Shown: positions 35,801 through 47,800 of the stretch, in pieces | Layout: each line of letters begins with the position of its first letter | How positions within the stretch are numbered: the stretch's first letter is position 1 | Assembly (NCBI GenBank): GCA_976226885.1 | Contig: OZ320314.1 | Location: forward strand, 51,274,001-51,338,000 | DNA: 64,000 nucleotides | Direction of reading: 5' to 3' | Source: Iphione sp. A-MEVVRFRX5 | Lineage: Eukaryota | The notes under the pieces: model-generated | What the model was told of the DNA's origin: nothing | The model's database searches: none | The model's input: only the letters and a program-made list of their open reading frames with translations | Program-made: the position numbers and the translations under genes

Positions 35801-38800
35801 CCATGAAAAACTATGAAATGACGCCAATTTCTGACGCAAAGATTATTGGATCTGACTTTAACGCTCTGCTGCTCTCTGTTTTAAAGCAATTTTAACTCGG
35901 AGCGTGCATGAAAAAGAAATCAAGTTGAATATTAACCTTGACAGTTTTCCGGACACATTCAATATGATAGAGGCAGACGTTTTAAAATTCAGCAAAGTGT
36001 ACCAACAGAGCTATTAGAATTCAGTTGGAGGGATTCCTCCAAATCCCAAATGTTTTAGTTCAATCTGAATGTTCAAAAACCTAAACAATACCGTTGTAAT
36101 TTAGGCTTTTCTTCTATTTTATCTTCCACCAAAATAAAGTAATATTTCAAAGTTTCAAAGTTTCAAAGTTTTATTGAGCCATAAGTGTTTTCATCCCTCT
36201 GGGATGTTCATTCTAACCCAGCTCACGAACAACTTAAATACTAAGCCTGTCTCTTTATTCCAAATAATTCTAGGAGAAAATAGAACGGTGAATCGCAGAT
36301 TTAAATGCAGGTAGCTCCAGGTTCTTCCAATGGCTCGGATAGTTGTTCCAAGTCCTCCCCCCTTTGTACTTGAAGCTCTGTTTGTACTGCTCAGATGATG
36401 GTTTGCTTAGGTCAACACGGGGAGCAGCCCCGGCCTTGGTCCGTCCTCCTTCCACCATTGGACATAGCTGCAATGAGATCATAGATCTGTATACGAGAGC
36501 GGTGTAATATTCTCCTTTTTGATGATAGTCCATCATTTTTACCGAATTCATCCAATCATGAACATCATTAGTTCTTGTACCTCTCCCAAGAATACAGGAG
36601 TTCACAGCTTGTACTAAACATTTTTGCATCATGTCCCTTTGAGTTTTTGAGGCCCCCATTTCAAACACAATTCCATTGTCCATATGCGGAATAAAATATG
36701 CATTAAATACTAGAATACTGGCCTCCCTATTGAGCAAGTGTTTCGCTCGCCTTATCAAATGGACACAGCTATTTAGTTTCTTCCGCTTTGCTTCAATCGA
36801 TTGCTTAAAGCTCAGCTTTTCATCGAGCTGGTAGCCCAAGAAATTGAAAGATGCCACCTTTGTTATAGCTTTTCCATTCAATCGCAGGTCAAGGTTAAAT
36901 TTTGAAGCTTTGCCCAATGTCATATATCTTGTTTTCCCTTCGTTTAAAAGGAAACCATTTTTTGTGCACCATTTCGAGACTTGTTCTAGTGTGAATTGCG
37001 TTTTCTTTGCCAGTGCTAATGCACTTGTGCCCCATGAGTAAATAGTAACGTCGTCAGCGTAAATTGTCAATTTACATGGGAAAGACACACTCACAATATC
37101 ATTGATGACAATTAGGAATAACCAGGGCCCCAAGATGGAGCCCTGGGGAACTCCTGTGACCACTCGTCGTAGGGAAGACATTCTGTCATTGCACTTAACT
37201 GCCTGAAACCTGTCACTGAGATAAGCATCAAACCAGTCAATCACTCTACCCGTAAACCCAGAATTTTTCAATTTCTCTTTCAACAGCGAGTGATTTACAA
37301 GGTCGAAGGCTTTCGACATGTCCAGGAAGGTGAGAGCCGCATACCTACCTCTATTTAGGTCTTCATATGCGTCTCCCAACAATCCTGCACATGCCAAAAG
37401 CGTCCCACGGCCCCTCCTAAAACCAAATTGTTGCTTTGCTAGTATCCCCTTTTCCTCAGCATATGTCGAAACTTTATGCATTACCACCCCTTCCAAAATC
37501 TTCCCGGGGACCGGTAGAAGACTGACTGGTCGATAGTTTGATTTGTCTTGCCTACTTCCTCGCTTGAAAATTGGCACCACAGTAGATACCTTCCACACCC
37601 TCGGGACAATAGCGTCCCTGAGGGAGAGGTTGATAATCCCTGTGAACATGACAAGCTTTATCTTCAGCAGATCCTTTAGGCATCTCATACTAATGTCAGG
37701 TATCCCCGATGGCTTAGTATCTTTCTGTCTCGTAATCAGCTTACTAACGTAGGATTCGTCAACGTGCCCAAAGTCAGCCATTTCCCATTCCCTGTTTAAA
37801 CCCACCCCCTCATTGCCGAGTGATACAGAACCCAACGAAACAGCTGCCTTCTCTACTGAAGTCACAAAGTGCTCATTTAGCTTTTCTGCTGTCTCTTCTG
37901 ATTCTATCATCGTACCACCTTCCTTCAGTCTGACCTCACCTTCCCTGGTTCTGTTACCAAATACTGCCCCGTTGAGATATTTCCACATGTCACGGGGGTT
38001 CTGTCTGTTCTCAGCAAGCCCCTTTTGTACTACCTCTTTCTTGCATCTTCTAATCTCATAATTCGTGAGGTTTCTGTAGTAGCGATACATTCGTTGATAG
38101 TCTTCTGAACCTGTCTTCAGGAACCTACGCCTGAAGTAGTTACGCTCCCTTTGCAGTTCCTTCACCCTAGCAGATAATGCAGGTCCACGAGACTGTCTTA
38201 CCACCCTTTCCTCATACGGAGCTATTGTGTTGATAACTTTTCTAGCGTTGTTTTCTAATACCTCCCAGTGGCTGTCAATTGATTCATCAGGCAGTTCCCA
38301 GTTACAACTAGCTAGCCCGTCCTCCAGTGCTGCAAAGGAGTATCTAGTATAATTACGCATATGTTTGACTTCCCTCTGTATCTTTCGTTTTCCCTTTTTT
38401 AAGTCGATAAACACTGGTAAATGATCACTGCTCCCCATTAACATAGTCCCGTGTCGTTTAACGTCGGTGCTTGTAGTGTAGATGTGGTCGAGGCAGGACA
38501 AACAATCATGGGTCGGTTCAGTGATGTATTGGGACATCGAATTTCTGTCAGCAAAAGACTTCATAACTCTGTAAGGCCTGTTCCTGGTTAGCCAATTAAT
38601 ATTAATGTCCCCCATAATTGTCACTAGCTTGTCGCTTTTTGGACTAATTACATTTAATCCCTGTTCTAGATAGTCAATGAAATCTGTCAGGCTTGTGTTG
38701 GGACGTCGGTAAGTGACAATTACATAATGTGTCTTCCTCATCCCCGGTTTTACCTTCACTCCTAAAGCCTCTCCCCAAATCTCTGATGTCGTTAACTCCG

Positions 38801-41800
38801 GGATAATTTCCGCCTCCCATCTAATCGGAACATAAACCGATACCCCACCCTCTAGTTTCCTACCTGTTTTCTCAACATTATTATCCTGCCTAAATATTTT
38901 ATAACCTGATACGTTTACCAAGCCATCGGGGACCACTTGTCTCAACCATGTTTCGCTAATGCCTAACACATCTATCCCCTTTGTTTGTAGTAAGGTTTTA
39001 ATATCATCGATTTTCCCCAGGGCACTACGGCTGTTCCACACACCCAACCTAAGGACAGTCATCATAAACACCAATAAGAGCCGCATAATTTTGTAACGGT
39101 GGGGCAAAGAAGTCAGGCCTGCATCCCAAGTTTTATCTTTACTTAAAAGGGAAGTCAGCTTATGACCGAATTTCCAATTTGGTCTTCGTTTCCTAACAGG
39201 CAGAGTACAGTTAACAGGATTAGGAAAGTCACTACTATGATTAGCTTAATTTCTAAACATTACGTCAGTTGTGCTCATCAACCGTTGACCCCACTGAATG
39301 GCAGTTTCTTGATTGGCATGGCATCCATCCTCCAGCCCCGCATATTTGCATCGAAATCGCCCAGCATCTCTCTTATGTATGGGACTCTCTGTGTTCGGGG
39401 TGAAAACATCATGAGATCTATTGAAATTCCTGAAAACATTATTCATATTGTGTACACATAGATTAACATATGTTTGAAAATTCTCAGAGAAGGTTGGTGG
39501 AGAGTATCTCGATAAATCAATTCCACAGATTGGCATAAAACCTACAGGTACTATTGCCAGGATATTCTCAAGTTTCTTCTCTACTAAAGAGAAGAACGCC
39601 TCAAGCCACAACTGCATTGTGACCGCGTCATCATGGTTTTTATACAGTAACTGACTAATTGGATCTAATTTGTTATATTGGTAATACCGGCAAAAAGATA
39701 GATCAAAGCATAATCGTGGTACTGCACATGCTCCAAGATTTTCACCACATCCGTCAAACCTTTACCTGGTTTTACAACAAATTTAACATCAATGTCTCTG
39801 GATGAGAACCATTGTCTATCCAGGTATCTATCAACCTGACGACCCTGAGAGTCCGATATAACCAGTACACGTTTTGTCATCTTTGCCTCTATCCAGACGT
39901 GTATGTGCCGATTACTTGTCAATTGTACCTATAGAAAGAGAATTGAGCGATGTTAAGTAATATTCTCAATGTATTCAATTCAAAACAATTGATACAGGTC
40001 TCAGTACTCGATCTCTCATTTGCGGCCAATTACCATAAATTTATTAGATTTATTTAATTGTGGCGGGATGATGAAACCCCAGCATACCGGAGTTTGTCAA
40101 AAAGTCAGGTCTAACATTAATAAGATTTATGAGCAAAGCTTCGCATATGATTTCGGACAATTCAGAACGTTTACTGTTACCATATGGTGGGATAATAGAA
40201 TCCCAGCACACGGATATATTCCGAATTATAAACTATGTCATCCCAATCATTAGAGAGAAGATTGTATGCAAAAGGGCAAAGATTGGCATGTGACAATTCA
40301 GAACGTTTACTGTTACCATATGGCGGGATAATAGAATCCCAGCACACGGATATATTCCGAGTTATAAACTATGTCATCCCGATCATTAGAGAGAAGATCG
40401 TATGCAAAAGGATTCAGACAGATAAGTACATACTGGTACTTTGATATGCGGGTCAAGAGTGACCCTGCATTTCATTGTCATATCTCCAAGTTTTAACCAA
40501 GTAGAAGAAATTGGTCGTTCTAAATTTAGTACTACTACACAGCCATAAGCAAGTTTCAACATTAGGTTATAAACCAACTAAATACATACCAAAAATACCT
40601 TCTTTGCGGGTCAAGAGCGACCCAGCAAATTTCGATTCCTCTCAGGTGCTCTTCTGCACAGAATCCAATGTTTTCGAGTAGATCTGAAAAAAACAAGAAC
40701 AATCTATGTAGACGCCATTAGACCTTCACGCAGTTCCATAAGAGCCTGCCCACCCAGATTTAAACCCGGGAGCTCCTCTTCGTCCAAGTCCACTTTCCAG
40801 AATGGACAACTCGCGCCATACACACTGTCACGTGAGCCCTCGATCAGGAGTTTTTGTGACGTGCTCATTAGTTCTTCCCTGAACTTATCATGCTGTTCCA
40901 ACTTTGCTGCGATCCCTTCCTTGAGTATCTCAAATCTTGCCGTAATCCAGTCGCTGCTCGGGACAATGTCTTTCACAATGCTGTTCAATTTCCTCGGGTC
41001 GCTCTTGTCTAGTACTCTATCTCTTGCATCAGTTCTATTGTGCAATCTGGCAAATTCTGCCAAACACCAGCGGGAAATAGTCGGGTAGTCCTCTCCTGCA
41101 ACTGTTACAAGCAATTTCGAATCATTTGACAATGTACAGTGTGGCCCTTTATACACTACGCACTCGTCTGTTACGTACTTGCAGGTCGCCGACAGTGACA
41201 CCTCAGGCGGTAGTCTCTCAAGTTGGTCATACTCATAAACCTCACCGTCTATTCTTAGAGTCAAGCCACGGATGGTTGCTTTCTTCCCTTCCTTCCGGGC
41301 AACTGACGCCACTGCTTGCAGATCACGATATATTGATTGTGCCCATTTGGGCAAATCTTCCCTCAAATATATTGAATCTGCATTTGTGATGTTTGGTAAT
41401 TTAGTCCGATTGGCCAACACAGTATTCCGAACCTCCACACATGACAATTTAGCCATAATTGGCCGTGTACATTGCCCTTTCTTTCCAAGTCGATACGCGC
41501 ATAAGAGGTTTGAACTGCGAAAGCCCTTATCCATTGCCTGAAATAGATCAGTTACACGTCTCCAAACATTCTCGCCATCGTGCTCATTCATGCCATCTAA
41601 TATAATGTTCATACTTCTCTTCTCAATCTCCCAGTCCTGTATCTTTCTATGTAACATGTCATAGTCTGACTCGATTTGCCATATACTAGATTGCAAATCA
41701 ATAATTGAGTGTTCACAGTTTGTCACAGTTGGTTTCAGATCAGATGTTTCAAACTTTTTCAATGTTTCTTCCACACCAGAGAGACGCTTCTCAATAGATT

Positions 41801-44800
41801 CTAATGCCTTGATTGTTGAATCCAATGTTGTTTGAATACTAGTGGAAACAGACCCAGTTAATGAAATCGCTTCCAGTTTGCTTACATTTTGGCTTACCGT
41901 AGATTTTATTTCAGACATTGATTGTAAGATCAAATCTTGTCCCCTTGCTATTTGTAACAGTGATGGCAACGAAGGTAGTGGTTGAGGCTCACCTGTGATA
42001 CCTGTGTCAAGCTGACAATGGTGACCCGCTTCAGGTCCCCCTTGTGCGTGCTCTGTAGGCCCTCCAATATTCGTCAGAGAGGTCCCAGCACCTGGTAATT
42101 CTCCTTTACTCAGTGTCGATATATCCACAGGAGTTGCTTGTGGTGACTCCGGATTCAGACCAGGATAAGCGGGATGATCCGTGCCATCTCTCGTATATAT
42201 CGGGAATGAAGTCGCTGTTTGCGGACATTCACCTGTCACCGTCTCAGTAGCAGTGCCCGTACAGGTTGTAGCAGCAGTGCCAGCTCCGGCCGCTGGTCCG
42301 GCTGTCACTCCTGCTGAGGCCCCCGCTGCGACCCCTGTCACAGCCTTAGTAGCCGTCGCTGCTTGACCAGTTCCACCTCGCTGCCCACGTTGCTGAGCGA
42401 TAACCGGGGTCTTCGGGGCACCCGTTGCTTTGCTTGGAGTCCCACTCTTACCCTTCTTCTCATTTTGCTTCCCCAGCACGAACTCTCTTGTATTTCCAGA
42501 CAATTGTGCACTCTTTCCTTGCCTGGTAAGCATCGTGGGGGTTCCTTCCCTTTGTTTCGCCGGTAATACCATTTTCTCCTAATATACAGGCCTTCTTCTC
42601 CTTCACCCGCACCTAACACGTCTCACCTACTCGGCGGCCATCTCTTCATCTGAATAACATTGAATGCATTTATAACAAAAGAACTGCCCTTTTGCCCTCC
42701 AGTGGAAATTAATGATAGTAAGAGGCCTATACAAGTAGGTCCCAGTCTAAGAACGTCTCCAAGAAATGTTTGAAATACCTAATCATACATCATAGGTTCC
42801 AGGTGTTCACTGGAAAAAGTATCTGTATGATAATACTTGTATATGGCTTTATATTTACGTGTTACACCTGGAAATATTGATTGCGACTTACAGCTATTCC
42901 AACGTGGACCAGGACCTCACAGCGTCTGAGGCCGAGCTCTCTAAGAGGGAATCGGTCCGCATATTCGCTATTGGTGTGGGGGATCTCGTGGAGATGAGCG
43001 AGATCTCAGCAATAGCCAACGAACCTGGCTACTACTACGAGTTTCTACTACGCACATTTGATGACCTGATCCTTTACACCAGAAGGATATTCGACGTCAT
43101 CTGTTCCCGTGAGTCTTGCTGTAGATCTCCTGTTAAAAGTTTCCCTATCTGAAAGCCCTACTTCTCATAGATAGGCCTACCATTCCTCTTATAGTGGTTT
43201 CACATCTAATAGACGTCAGGCCTTTCAATATTAGACACACCTCAGACTCGTATCTAATAGAAGGCCACGTGTGTGATAGAGGCCACACCCCTATTCGAAA
43301 CCACTGCAAGTAGATAACTTCCTCACAGGATCGGATGTACACTTCGAACACAAAGCATTGTCCTAATTCAAAGCTCAGACACGATTAAGTTTTCTCTTGG
43401 AATAACTAGAGAAAACCATGATGAAATTAATTGTTGCGATTAGCGATTCATTATTTGCCAGTGCATATGTAAAAGATGTTCGCCTGTCATAATCATGTCT
43501 TCAGTATGCCTCATATGCCTATTATCATAACAAGTGCAGTTACATTTTATGGTGTTGTTACCACATGTTACCAAGGTATTTCACCATCATAAAAGTTTTA
43601 GTGACCGAAAATATACATTCCCATTTATTACCTGCCTCTTCCAAAGATAATTGATGATAAAAAAAAAACGTTTCACTTTTCTTGCCACTGAGCACGCCAC
43701 GCTTCTTTTAAAAATGATTTGTGAATGTGGGGATCCTTCTTTTAAGAATTAAATATTCATCGGTCTCTATCGTCAGCAAAATGCTAACCACTGTCATGTC
43801 TGATGCCATAGGAACGGAGATACATTCAGATGTACTATTTTTCTGCTCTGTTTCTAAAATAGAAATACGCCCTCCCTCCTCAACCATTTTATGTGAAGTT
43901 GTCGCCACAAACAACCTTGTTTTTCTGCCTCGTTCCAGCTCTGGAGCCGTCCGCTAGCCTGGACTTCTCACGTGAGTACACGTAGTTGAGGTAATCTTGG
44001 CAAGCAGGTGAAGGCTACGGGTCCATACACGCAGGTGTTAAAAAAAAGCCTCAGGTAACATGGTAGTTCCATCAATGGCACGCTGGGTCCGATCGTTATC
44101 GCGTATTTGGTGATTAAACTTAGGGGATTCGAGTATTGAGCATATGCGGTTAGCTCTTACAGGATAAATATATCTCGGATAAATTCCCAGGATGAAATGG
44201 GTGGGTGGGGTCTGCAACTGTAGGACAATGCATAGATTTCGCAAGAATCTAAAACCAGCGGAGATAGCAGAGTAGGATTAATCACTAAATAAGTAAAAAT
44301 GCGAGATAGTGTTAGAAAGATTAGCACAGTATCGTGAATCAATATTAATTGTCACTCTAATGGCAACATGGGTACTCATATTGTAGGGTTAGTATTAATA
44401 GATAAAACTTGATTATCAAATGAATATTATTCAACATAAGTTTAGGTCTGTCCCATGAATTAGTTAAATGATAGTTGTCATTTACACTAGTAGAGTGGAA
44501 GAGAGCTTACTTCGGCTTTACAGATTTTAAAAGCACATGCCTGAGTAGCCCAGGAATAATATTGTTTTGTTATCTGACGTCCAGGTGTGCTGTCCTAGAT
44601 GTAAATTAAGTGTAAATGAGCTGACAAACATTCTGAACCCTGATGAATATTATCATAATGTAACTGCAAAAACGTGTATGTATGTAAACGCAGCTATTCC
44701 TGGTGAACCTACCTTCTTTTGTTATGATAAGGCTACAACCACAAATTATCCTCGAAGTCTTTATAATGCACATAATTGAAAATCAATATGGAAGTGACAG

Positions 44801-47800
44801 CCAGGCTTTATTTCCTCGCTGGTTATACCAGCTGTGTTCATGGAAACGTCAACATGGATATGGAAATGCCATTTGGAAACCAAGCCATTGATCAGTGTCA
44901 CTAGGAGCTTGCTATTCATTTTGGCATAGATGGCCCTAATACATTCTTCAGCACCATCCACACGTGCTCTCCGTCTCCTACGTTGACCGCACCCAGACAC
45001 CATACCTAATGTCTCAACTAACGGGTAAAGCGACTCTGGTATCCAAGTACCCTTTTAGAGTAGGCAATTTGCTTAAAAAAGGTATTTCATGAATGAACTA
45101 CGATTGTACCGTCCACGGAAGAGGTGAAGAGTGATCCTGTTCATGTTTATATGTAATGATAGTCTAGGTAAAACGGAACAGAATTATCATCTGCAAGAGG
45201 GTCCATTTTCCTGCATTCAGGATGAGAGAAGAAAAACAATACAGCATTTACTAATAAACATAAACATATAGTTTAGTGATGCCAATTCCGTGCATCTATT
45301 TACATATTTAAAAGGCAAGTGAAGAGAAGGAAAAAGTAATGTAAGCACTTTTTGTTTATCCGACTACATAGGGTCAACGGTTTTATTACATTTGTAGAGG
45401 CCAATACCTAGTTTGCCGACAATTGCTTACTCCGAACAAATCTGTACATTTTCAAAGGTTAATAAGAAGAGAAATTAGTTTAAAGTAGGAAATTTAACAC
45501 TGGAGCAGGTGGTAGTTTTTATAGAGACCAATCGTTGATAACGAAAGAAACTACTGATGAATCGCATTTTAGTTGGTAATTACTCTTGCAATTCAATAAG
45601 TGCTCCATTGTTGTACACTAACGTATACCCGCATAGGGTCAGACCTCTCACGAGACTAGAATATAACATCTAAACCGTCGAGATCCCCACTCCATCAAAC
45701 CATGTAAGCTGACAAAAGGGAAGCTGGACAACTTAGTCGTTGGGAAGATCAATTAATCACTTAATCGACACGTACTCAACACAGGTAATATTCAAACCAC
45801 CCAGAGACTATATATAGGTATACTGTCCAATAGTTTTAGAGCCTAGACATATTATCTTAAATGTTTATTTAGCATAAATTGTTTTTGCCCAATAAGTGTG
45901 ATTAGTTTTAAGGATTTCATCTAAAAATACCGCGTTGACATAGACCCCGCATACCATGATTGTGACAATAATTCGTGATATTGATTTGTTCCACGATTCA
46001 TCTCATTTTACGTAGTATTATTATAGGACTTCCTTCAATATGCATATATAGTTATTGATAGTTAATTGTGAGTTTTTCTTAACTTCTTCTTATAACGCTT
46101 TTAACTGTCATGGTGACAATAACATAAGCAGAATTTAGAATCTGTATCGTACCTTGTCTAAAAAAAATCATCAATTCAATTTTATGGTAAAATCGATCTC
46201 TTTTCACAATGTGGTTCACCTGCACACAAATATTCTTGCCGAAGAAGATAATAGCATATAGTGAATCATGGCAGCACAATATATGTATACGAGTACATTT
46301 AGTAAAATATATTTGTACAGCAGATATTGATCACTTAATAATTATTCTCCAGTATACATAATTTACTTTTGCATATCCTAAACACTCACTCCATCGTAGA
46401 TACTATTTTCATGCTGTCACTGACTTGCTTGATAGCGAGGCGACCCCTAGATATCCCTCATCCTACTAAGAACTCTTTTCACTCCGTCCTCTTCTATCCT
46501 CAAACACAACTCTCAATCAGAAATTTCCGTATACTAATTTGCAAGAAAAGGAAGTAATGTTTGGTCAGGGCAGACTTCAAAGTGCCCCAGCGGAGGATTC
46601 CTGAGCAGCAGGGCACTTCCTTAAATGCTTTACCTCTCACCTGCTGGCTGATGTAATGATGCCACAGACACCTACCGGTACTAATCGGGTGCTACTCTCA
46701 TAGAGGTACCGTTTGAAGGCAGAGTAATACCCTAGAAGCACTTCAAGGCACAATGACTTGGTGCTACCCTTGACTATTGAATATCAAATGCTACTGCGGG
46801 GTACTACCTTTGCAATGTTATATAATTAACCATAGCACTTTTTGTCATCACCAGCATGCACATGAGCCTGCACTGATCAAACCAGCCTAAAAATGTAATC
46901 ATCAGCAGTATATGACCACAAACTCTCCTCCCATCACAATCACTGTAAATATCATCACCATCTCTTCATCTGTATATACCATTGATCGTAAGCAGTGTTA
47001 GCATAAACTGGATACAAATGTACAATTTTTGTGTGTAAATTTCCACTGTGAATAAAATATTTTTAAATGGTTACCATGAACTTCTTTCATTCCTTCCTTT
47101 TCCTGCATGTCCTCACATACTTTTGGTTTATTATAGCTATTTTGAACCATCTTTAACTGAGAAATACGTATTTTCATTCTGTGAACCATCTTGTAGTACC
47201 ATGTTGCCAATGAATCCTATTTACAATGTACTCAAAATGGAAAGACCACCTTCTGGAATTTAGACCCTCTCCCACTCGCTGTAATTTCTTTCCAGCTGCC
47301 TCTGTCTTGCTGTGCCTCTATCCCTTTGTTTTATCCTATATATTCGATATGGTGTCTTAACCATCCATTACCCTTCTGTATAATTATTACATGGCTACAT
47401 TTAAACCTGTGTTTTCGCAGGGTGTCGAGCAGATGTTGGCTTTGTACTCGACGGCTCTGGCTCGGTGGGCCAGGACAACTGGCAGAGAATTATTGCCTTT
47501 TTGAAAGACCTTGCGCAGCGGCTAAACATTGGACCTATGGCCAACCAGATCGGCATTGTTACCTATGGCGATACGGCAACCCTTGACATCAGACTCAACC
47601 AATACATGTGCGTTATCCCGCTTATCCACATAGTTAGGTTTTTCCGAATTATCTAAATTTTCTCTTAACCTTAAGTGTCACTGTCTCTTTTTGTTATACA
47701 CTGTCGTAACTCTTTTACTAAGGCTGATTAAATGTAAGCTTAGAACCCTATACAAGTATTAGAAGCCTATAAAGATGTTGATCAGTTTATTTCTATAAAC

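Larger units (their letters stand above)
36145..42645 (-). mobile_element. Near full-length three-ORF non-LTR retrotransposon (CR1/L2-group), antisense in intron 34961-42893 of the vWA gene
   Basis: 5' end near an AGATGGCCGCC (YY1-like) motif; ORF1 40704-42572; 0.7-kb spacer; esterase ORF; APE-RT ORF2; 3' AATAAA followed by (ACTTTGAA)3. No TSD seen, which is common in this group. Confidence 0.9.

Noticed and set aside
40063-40629. Hairpin array as CRISPR, as true iron-responsive elements, or as a coding repeat (C-x-V-x-L-D-P in H1/H2)
   Set aside because: Repeats conserve structure rather than sequence and the context is eukaryotic. The loops lack CAGUGN and the bulge is U/A, not C. H1/H2 differ at first codon positions while synonymous sites are identical, and H3-H5 do not keep the peptide.
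42638-42652. 15-bp match ccatctcttcatctg shared with about 46958, considered as a TSD or boundary marker
   Set aside because: Both copies lie on the same side of the LINE and nothing similar marks its 3' end; treated as chance.
44400-46000. Possible endogenous viral or transposase remnant in a vWA intron (also 8780-9400 and 58378-58719)
   Set aside because: Short frames with many stops and no recognisable motif; cannot be supported without a search.
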